NCBI GenBank assembly: GCA_016181175.1
Contig: JACOZV010000003.1
Location: 39,773-103,772 of the forward strand
Length of the DNA stretch: 64,000 bases
Reading direction: 5' to 3'
Source of the DNA: Candidatus Yanofskybacteria bacterium
Lineage (GTDB): Bacteria; Patescibacteriota; Minisyncoccia; 2-02-FULL-40-12; IGHO2-01-FULL-4-A
In this document: positions 58,039 to 64,000 of the stretch, piece after piece
Layout: the number at the start of each line of letters is the position of its first letter
Position numbering within the stretch: position 1 is the stretch's first letter
Notes under the pieces: model-generated
Told to the model about the DNA's origin: nothing
What the model saw: only the letters and a program-made list of their open reading frames with translations
Database searches by the model: none
Position numbers and translations under genes: made by a program

Positions 58039-58581
58039 ATGCTTCCAACAAAAATTTTTTTTACTAAGGGCGTCGGGATGCATAAAGAATATCTGGCTTC
58101 ATTTGAGTTGGCTCTGCGTTCGGCCGGAATCGCGCCATATAATCTTGTTACCGTCTCCAGTATCTATCCGCCAAATGTCAAAAAGGTCAGCAAGGACGAG
58201 GGATTAAAATTATTGCCGCCCGGATCCGTCGTTCATGCGGTCATGGCCCGAAATGCCACAAACGAACCCAATCGTTTGGTTTCAGCGTCTATCGGTGTCG
58301 CTATTCCACAGGATCCCAATCAATACGGTTATCTGTCCGAACATCATCCTTTTGGCGAGACTGATGAAAAAGCAGGGGATTACGCCGAAGACTTGGCCGC
58401 CACGATGCTAGCCACAACACTGGGCATTGAGTTCAATCCCAATACTTCGTGGAATGAAAGAGAGCAAGTATTTAAGGCGTCAGGGCAGATCATAAGAACT
58501 TCGAATATTACTCAATCGGCCATCGGCAACAAAGACGGCCTTTGGACTACGGTAATCGCAACGGCTATTTTGATAGAATAG
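58039..58581 (+). CDS. pdaD: pyruvoyl-dependent arginine decarboxylase (PdaD/AaxB family)
   Basis: [45 protein letters not shown] matches the PdaD N-terminus, including the VSS self-cleavage site. Confidence 0.7.
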   Translation: MLPTKIFFTKGVGMHKEYLASFELALRSAGIAPYNLVTVSSIYPPNVKKVSKDEGLKLLPPGSVVHAVMARNATNEPNRLVSASIGVAIPQDPNQYGYLSEHHPFGETDEKAGDYAEDLAATMLATTLGIEFNPNTSWNEREQVFKASGQIIRTSNITQSAIGNKDGLWTTVIATAILIE

Positions 58582-58624
58582 TAATTGAAAAAATTAACTA
58601 CTTCGGTTATTCTGGTGATATAAA

Positions 58625-58696
58625 GCCGGCGTAGTTCAACGGTCAGAACAAGGGACTCATAAGCCCTGGACGAAAGTTCGACTCTTTCCGCCGGCA
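58625..58696 (+). tRNA. tRNA-Met (anticodon CAT; elongator Met or lysidine-dependent Ile2)
   Basis: Manual fold: acceptor gccggcg/cgccggc, anticodon loop ctCATaa, T-arm gaaag-ttcgact-ctttc, discriminator A. Confidence 0.8.
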
Positions 58697-58698
58697 CA

Positions 58699-59079
58699 AT
58701 GGAACCTTACTCTTGGGAACAATTTGATGAAGATGCTGAAAAAATAGCAAACTGGGCGCAAAACAAAAATTTCAAAAGCGTCTACGGCATACCACGCGGT
58801 GGACTAATACTGGCTGTAAAATTTTCCCATCTGCTAGATATTCCACTGATACGAAACGAAAATGATATAACAAAAGATACTCTGATCGTGGATGACATTG
58901 TAGATACCGGCGGAACCGTTGAGCGTCTTCTGGCATCTCTAGGGCCGGGATATAGAATCGCGACCATATTTTGCAATGAAGAAGCCAAGAAGCCCGATTT
59001 TTACATACGAAAAAAAACTGAATGGATCCTCTTTCCCTGGGAAACAAAAGAAACATCACGCTATGATGGGACAATTTAA
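58699..59079 (+). CDS. purine phosphoribosyltransferase (XGPRT/Gpt-like type I PRTase)
   Basis: PRPP-binding motif LIVDDIVDTGGTV, an upstream GIPRGGL loop, and 126 aa in a Gpt-like arrangement. Confidence 0.65.
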   Translation: MEPYSWEQFDEDAEKIANWAQNKNFKSVYGIPRGGLILAVKFSHLLDIPLIRNENDITKDTLIVDDIVDTGGTVERLLASLGPGYRIATIFCNEEAKKPDFYIRKKTEWILFPWETKETSRYDGTI

Positions 59080-59192
59080 TTTCTGACATACTCAACCATG
59101 CCCTTTCTATAGAAAGGGCATGGTTTTGATTTTGAAACAAATCTACACTATACTAACCAAGTTATTGAAACAGCACATTAAAAAGGAGTTGG

Positions 59193-60707
59193 ATGCACCC
59201 GCAAGAAATTTTGACTCAACTGGCACGTTTTCGCGGTATAACTTATCGCGATGTATCCTTGCCGCCGCTTGGCAAAAATTTAGCAATATCAAGAGATGCG
59301 GTCACGCTTAACACGCACTTTTCAACCAACGTTCCGTTAAAGCAGCCTCTGGTTTCAGCAAATATGCTTGACGTTACAGAATCTAAAATGGCAATCGCCC
59401 AATCACTGGAAGGCGGAATCGGTATAATACATAGGTTTTGCCCGCCGGATCGCCAAGCCCAAGAAGCTGGCACAACAAAAAGAGCTCATAATTTCTTGGT
59501 TGAGGACCCATATTCATTACAAGGTTCTTCCACGATTGGCGAAGCCAGAAATATGATGGCTCTATATAAAATTGGGAGCTTATTGGTAAAAAATCCGGAC
59601 GGCAAACTAGCAGGTCTTCTGACACAAAGGGACGTAAGATTCGTGGATGACAGAGAGCTCGTAAAAACTCATATGACACCGCGAAGACCTGGCAAAGAGA
59701 AAAGGGGAGATTTGGTTGTCGTTACTCGTGAAGAAACATTATCTATTAATCAAATAGTAGAGAAACTAAAACAACACAAAATTAAAAAATTACCGGTGGT
59801 TGATTCCGATAACTTTATTGTCGGGCTTATTTCTGCTAAAGACATTGAGCGCCTCAAGCAATATCCCTTGGCAAATCTTGACCAAAGGGGCAATCTCGTA
59901 GTTGGAGCGACGATTGGCGCAATCGGCGATTTTATAGAACGCGCACAAGAACTAAAGAAAAAAAATGTTGATGTAATTGTCATGGACGTAACCTCGGCCA
60001 ATTCCGTCTCTGTTGAAAATGCAATTCATGAATTTAGGCAAAAGTTGGGGGATTACGAACTAGTAGTTGGAAATATTGGCACCGCGGAACAAGCTCATGC
60101 CTTAATGCAAGAAAGTGTACAGGGACTAAAAATTGGAATTGGTCCAGGGGGACCATGCACCACGCGCCTTAGCACAGGGATCGGGGTGCCCCAACTTTAT
60201 GCAATTTTGGAAATTTACTGGAAACTAATTTTTAAATATCACTACAAGCCAGAGCAAATTCCACCGCTCTGCGCTGACGGCAACATAGGAGCCGGCTGTG
60301 ATATCGTTCATGCACTTCTTGCTGGAGCTTCATCTATAATGATCGGCACACTTTTTGCCGGCACCGAAGAAACACCAGGAGAAAGTTACGAAAAACCGGA
60401 TGGCCGCTACAAACGCTATGCCGGCATGGCTTCAATTGAGGCTGCCATAGAACGTTTTACGGCCATGGGTTTTGACGATCCGATTGTCGAAGCATTAAAA
60501 AAAGCTCCAGAGGGAATTCCTCGCGAAGTAAAAGTCGGGGGGTCAGTTAAAACCACGATTAGAACCTTGCTTGGTGGTGTCAGGTCGGGTATTAGTCACC
60601 GTGGAATACTAAGTTTGAATGATTTTAAGAAGCAAAATCCATTTGATCCAGAAACCGGTTTCCATATTTTGTCCGCCGCTTCCAGAGACGAGTCTTATAA
60701 AAGATAG
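59193..60707 (+). CDS. guaB: IMP dehydrogenase (GuaB; IMPDH/GMPR family with CBS pair)
   Basis: Catalytic loop GIGPGGPCTTR (Cys), two CBS modules in the N-terminal third, followed by a terminator (catgcgc-taaaac-gcgcatg + T-run). Confidence 0.8.
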   Translation: MHPQEILTQLARFRGITYRDVSLPPLGKNLAISRDAVTLNTHFSTNVPLKQPLVSANMLDVTESKMAIAQSLEGGIGIIHRFCPPDRQAQEAGTTKRAHNFLVEDPYSLQGSSTIGEARNMMALYKIGSLLVKNPDGKLAGLLTQRDVRFVDDRELVKTHMTPRRPGKEKRGDLVVVTREETLSINQIVEKLKQHKIKKLPVVDSDNFIVGLISAKDIERLKQYPLANLDQRGNLVVGATIGAIGDFIERAQELKKKNVDVIVMDVTSANSVSVENAIHEFRQKLGDYELVVGNIGTAEQAHALMQESVQGLKIGIGPGGPCTTRLSTGIGVPQLYAILEIYWKLIFKYHYKPEQIPPLCADGNIGAGCDIVHALLAGASSIMIGTLFAGTEETPGESYEKPDGRYKRYAGMASIEAAIERFTAMGFDDPIVEALKKAPEGIPREVKVGGSVKTTIRTLLGGVRSGISHRGILSLNDFKKQNPFDPETGFHILSAASRDESYKR

Positions 60708-60845
60708 ATGGCATAACTGTTATTAAGTATTTTACATGCGCTAAAACGCGCATTTTTTATTTGCTATTTCCGCAAAAATTAATTATAATTTGAAGTCTGT
60801 GACGTTAAGCGGGCCTGCCCGCCGAAGCTCACAGAGTGAGCGTAG

Positions 60846-60919
60846 GCGGGCGTAGCTTAGTTGGATAAAGCGCCTCCCTGTCACGGAGGAGATCGAGGGT
60901 TCGAGTCCCTTCGCCCGCG
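60846..60919 (+). tRNA. tRNA-Asp (anticodon GTC)
   Basis: Manual fold: acceptor gcgggcg/cgcccgc, D-stem gctt/aagc, anticodon stem cctcc/ggagg with loop ctGTCac, T-arm gaggg-ttcgagt-ccctt, discriminator G. A terminator hairpin follows at 60931-60960 (aaacatgcc-ttga-ggcatgttt). Confidence 0.9.
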
Positions 60920-60972
60920 CAGTATAAAAATGAAACATGCCTTGAGGCATGTTTTGCGTTTAGATAGCTAAT

Positions 60973-61101
60973 GGCGAAGGGACTCGAACGCCGGAACGAT
61001 ATTTCGTCAGTAGACTAAATCGTGAGGCGGTGGCTAGACAAAATTTTGCGACGGCAAAATTTTAGTCAAAGCCGAGTCTCTTCGCCCGCGCAATATAAAA
61101 A
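60973..61101. repeat. att-like partial copies of the tRNA-Asp 3' end: an inverted 16-nt copy (60973-60988) and a direct 23-nt copy (61077-61101, 22/23 identical)
   Basis: ggcgaagggactcgaa is the reverse complement of tRNA-Asp ttcgagtcccttcgcc. tcttcgcccgcgcaatataaaaa matches ccttcgcccgcgcagtataaaaa at the tRNA 3' end and flank. Confidence 0.65.
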
Positions 61102-61127
61102 CCATCGTGTTTGATCTGGTGGTTTTT

Positions 61128-61985
61128 TTATTTTGGGTAGGTTATGTTGCTTTCAACTTGCGGGAATATAACATCGGATTTGGCGCGAAATCTCCGGTAA
61201 TTCTTCCACATTCCCGAAGCAAAATACCACTTTCTGTCACGATTAAATTGCGCAGCCATTTCTATACTCACCGGCAATCTTAAAAGCTCTTGATTTTCAC
61301 CGAGACCAACAAATTCATAATTTACACTTATAAAAAGAGTTGACGATAACAGGCCTTCTGGCAAGTACAATTCTTGAAAAATCTGCAGAACATTAAACTG
61401 TTCGTCAACAACAACTCGACCCGAACACCCAACAGCCCCGTCCCAGTTACTAAAAAAACTGTTGCGTTCAGTATAGTGACAAACCTTATCTTGCGAAAAT
61501 GCTTTGTAACTAAAAACTTGCACAATTTTTCCTTTGTAACTACTAACGCCCTGATAGCTGACGGGGGTAGTAACCAAATGCTTAAACAGATCATGCCATT
61601 CTTGCCCTGGCCTAACGCCTATTCCCGGAATTGGGAGCGCAAATCTCTCTTTGCCGAATTTGCCACCAGGTTCTATCTTGCGAAACACCTGACGGTTGTT
61701 ATAAATTGCAACTTCATATCGCCAAGTTTCTCTGGATTTAGTTTCACCCCACAACCGCAATTCTTGTTCTGCCAACAGATCAGTCATCAACGCCAGGTTT
61801 TTACTCACCTTGTTTTTCATGACAAAAATTAAGTTAGCTGAATCCGTTTCCTTGTCTAACATGAGCGGTTTGTCTAGCTTTAACTTCAAATCCGGCAAAT
61901 AAGTAGTGCTTTCATTTTTTTGTTCAGCGAATAAAGCCGGAAAAAAAATAAAAACTGACAAAATGCAATAAAAAGGCACCCTCAT
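61128..61985 (-). CDS. hypothetical secreted protein
   Basis: Signal peptide (MRVPFYCILSVFIFFPALFA) and no recognisable motif. Confidence 0.4.
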   Translation of the reverse strand: MRVPFYCILSVFIFFPALFAEQKNESTTYLPDLKLKLDKPLMLDKETDSANLIFVMKNKVSKNLALMTDLLAEQELRLWGETKSRETWRYEVAIYNNRQVFRKIEPGGKFGKERFALPIPGIGVRPGQEWHDLFKHLVTTPVSYQGVSSYKGKIVQVFSYKAFSQDKVCHYTERNSFFSNWDGAVGCSGRVVVDEQFNVLQIFQELYLPEGLLSSTLFISVNYEFVGLGENQELLRLPVSIEMAAQFNRDRKWYFASGMWKNYRRFRAKSDVIFPQVESNITYPK

Positions 61986-62111
61986 TTGAATCCCTTCTTG
62001 TTTTGTTAAGAATCTATTTACTAATTATGGACACCGATTTAAATTCTGTCAAAATAAAAATACTTCGCTTAAGTCTTTGATCATTACTTATATTTCTGCT
62101 AAAATTATAAA

Positions 62112-62420
62112 ATGAGATGGCAGATTTATGGCGTTTGGACGGCATTTGCCGTTTCGTTTGTCAGCCTGGATTTTATCATATGGAAAATCGGACCAGATAC
62201 CTCTTCGTTTAAGATAAAGGTTCTGTTTTTCATTGCTTTGTTTATTTTGGTGTGGAGCATAGCAACCTTAGTAATTTTTGAAATCAAAAATAGATTTCTC
62301 AAGTCACGACTTCTTGGACAAAATGCCTACGAATCGGCTTTTTTATTATCATCATTGCAGAGTTTAATTTTTTCTGCTGTTATTATAATCATCATTTTAA
62401 TTAGAAAATTTGTTCTATGA
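62112..62420 (+). CDS. hypothetical small membrane protein
   Basis: 102 aa with three hydrophobic helices. Its stop overlaps the pheS start. Confidence 0.35.
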   Translation: MRWQIYGVWTAFAVSFVSLDFIIWKIGPDTSSFKIKVLFFIALFILVWSIATLVIFEIKNRFLKSRLLGQNAYESAFLLSSLQSLIFSAVIIIIILIRKFVL

Positions 62421-63559
62421 GAGAAATAATCGCGGCAAAAGCGCCTGAAGCGGACATACTGCAAAAAGCGCTAGAATCTAAAAACGACCCGGAAAGCTTG
62501 CGTCTAAAGAGGTTTTTAAGCATGCCTGATTTGTCGCGCACTTCCGGCAGTCCGATCTGTGAACTGGCACAACGCATTATAAACCTGCCAGATTTTAAGG
62601 ACTTCGATATTGTGGAGGCACCGGAAATTGTCCCGGCCGATATCAGTTTTGACTTATTTGATTTTCCACCGGATCATCCGGCACGCTCCAAGTCAGACAC
62701 ATATTACGTAGATGATAAAAACATACTGCGCACTCACACCACTATTATGTGGTACTACTACCTAATGAATGAGGGTATAAAAAGCCGTATTAAAAACATG
62801 GAAGCCGTCGGTTCTCTTTCTTATGGAAAGGTTTACCGCAGGGACGAGATAGACCGCCACCACATGAATGTATTCCACCAAATGGATGGTTGGTATCTGT
62901 GTTTAAAAGAGCAAAAAATAATCACTACCGAAGACCTGCAGAACGTCTTGATAAAAATCGCACAAGCGGTTTTCGGTAATGACGTGAAATACCGCTTCAA
63001 TGAAGATAAATTCCCATACACCAATCCGAGTCTTGAGATGGAAATTGAAAGGGGTAACAGATGGGTGGAAATACTGGGAAGCGGCGTGGTAAGCGGCGTG
63101 GTCCTGGAAAAACTAGGCGTTGATTCTTCCAAATACAATGGCTGGGCGTTTGGTTTCGGTTTGGAACGCCTCGCAATCGCCAGCATGGAACTACCAGATA
63201 TTAGACTGCTTTGGTCAAACGACGAACGGGTCAAAAAACAGCTTGTGCTAGATAATAAGTTCAAAGAAGTTTCCAAATTCCCGCCGATTACCAGAGACAT
63301 TTCTTTTATTGTGAACAAAAAGTTTGTGCCCAATGATTATTTTGACCTTATACGCGACTTAGGTGGGGACTTAGTAGAAGAAGTCAAACTTTTGGACCAC
63401 TACGATGACACTGAAAAATTCGGTTCGGACCAAACCAGCTATACTTATCGGATCACATATCGCAGTAACGAACGCACTCTTCAAACCAACGAGATAGACC
63501 CAATTCAAGAAAAAATCACCCAAGAAACAATTAAACAATTTAACTCTCAAATTCGCTAA
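62417..63559 (+). CDS. pheS: monomeric phenylalanine--tRNA ligase: PheS-type class II catalytic core fused to a C-terminal FDX anticodon-binding domain (mitochondrial-type architecture)
   Basis: PheS motifs HPARSKSDTYY, LRTHTT and GWAFGFGLERLAIASMELPDIRLLWSNDER. The C-terminal 100 aa (FPPITRDISFIV...LLDHYDD...SYTYRITYRSNERTLQTNEID) match the ferredoxin-fold anticodon-binding domain that is normally the C-terminus of PheT. gyrB follows, with no pheT. Confidence 0.75.
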   Translation: MREIIAAKAPEADILQKALESKNDPESLRLKRFLSMPDLSRTSGSPICELAQRIINLPDFKDFDIVEAPEIVPADISFDLFDFPPDHPARSKSDTYYVDDKNILRTHTTIMWYYYLMNEGIKSRIKNMEAVGSLSYGKVYRRDEIDRHHMNVFHQMDGWYLCLKEQKIITTEDLQNVLIKIAQAVFGNDVKYRFNEDKFPYTNPSLEMEIERGNRWVEILGSGVVSGVVLEKLGVDSSKYNGWAFGFGLERLAIASMELPDIRLLWSNDERVKKQLVLDNKFKEVSKFPPITRDISFIVNKKFVPNDYFDLIRDLGGDLVEEVKLLDHYDDTEKFGSDQTSYTYRITYRSNERTLQTNEIDPIQEKITQETIKQFNSQIR

Positions 63560-63698
63560 AAACCTTGGCGGTTTTTCAAGATTAAACCACTTTTGACATC
63601 CTTGTTTGACTTCTCAAAATTTGTTATAATTAAAGTACAAAACATGAACAGAGACTACCTAAAACGACATCATCGCGGGTAGTCTATTTAATTAGGAA

Positions 63699-64000
63699 AT
63701 GGCCAAAAAAGAAGACCAAAAAAATCAAAATTCTTATACTGCTAAAGACATATATGTTTTAGAGGGTCTTGAACCGGTTAGAAAAAGACCAGGAATGTAT
63801 ATCGGCTCAACCGGCGTGGACGGATTACACCATTTGATATGGGAGGTTTTTGATAACTCACTTGATGAAGCCATGGCCGGCTATGCTAAAAATATTGAGG
63901 TTACACTGCTAACCAACAATCGCGTAAAGGTAAAGGACGACGGACGCGGCATACCGGTAGAAAAGCACAAACAAACCGGGGTCTCGGCGCTTGAAACGGT
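63699..64000 (+). CDS. gyrB: DNA gyrase subunit B (N-terminal fragment, continues beyond the window)
   Basis: [49 protein letters not shown], the GHKL ATPase N-terminus of GyrB. Confidence 0.85.
   Translation, partial: MAKKEDQKNQNSYTAKDIYVLEGLEPVRKRPGMYIGSTGVDGLHHLIWEVFDNSLDEAMAGYAKNIEVTLLTNNRVKVKDDGRGIPVEKHKQTGVSALET

Noticed and set aside
59243-60001. Multiple minus-strand ORFs inside guaB
   Set aside because: They are antisense shadows of a well-supported IMPDH gene.

Overview
This 64 kb window reads as a low-GC, gene-dense bacterial chromosome segment that uses the standard genetic code (TGA is a stop, e.g. the MTase/REase ATGA overlap). Much of it is housekeeping, with mostly small, often secreted or membrane-anchored proteins. 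The gene content and the compact, aaRS-rich layout resemble Candidate Phyla Radiation (Patescibacteria)-type genomes, but that placement is inference. Recognisable genes include recG, polA, mutM, nfo, holA, tsaE, yifB/comM, ddl, pnp, rpsO, xerC/D, pyrF, smpB plus tmRNA, htrA, mpg, argS, ileS, ybeY, ftsA, ftsZ, guaB, pheS and gyrB (3' partial). RNA genes are tRNA-Ser(TGA), tRNA-Arg(GCG), initiator tRNA-fMet, tRNA-Met(CAT), tRNA-Asp(GTC) and a one-piece tmRNA. The accessory-looking content is: (i) an MvaI/BcnI-like type II R-M pair translationally coupled to an unknown membrane protein; (ii) an orphan MazF/PemK toxin with an N-terminal extension beside a Zn-ribbon protein; (iii) att-like duplications of the ends of tmRNA, tRNA-Asp and tRNA-Ser; (iv) perfect palindromic or tandem elements lying in-frame inside argS and at the 3' end of a GT2 glycosyltransferase gene; (v) an IleRS with a complete histidine-phosphatase (PGAM-like) domain inserted between the Zn-knuckle and the KMSKS region; (vi) a monomeric, mitochondrial-type PheRS (PheS core fused to an FDX anticodon-binding domain, no adjacent pheT). 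All calls come from manual motif reading of the supplied ORF translations and the DNA; no database search was possible. My hand-counted coordinates for tRNAs and small repeats can be off by 1-2 nt.
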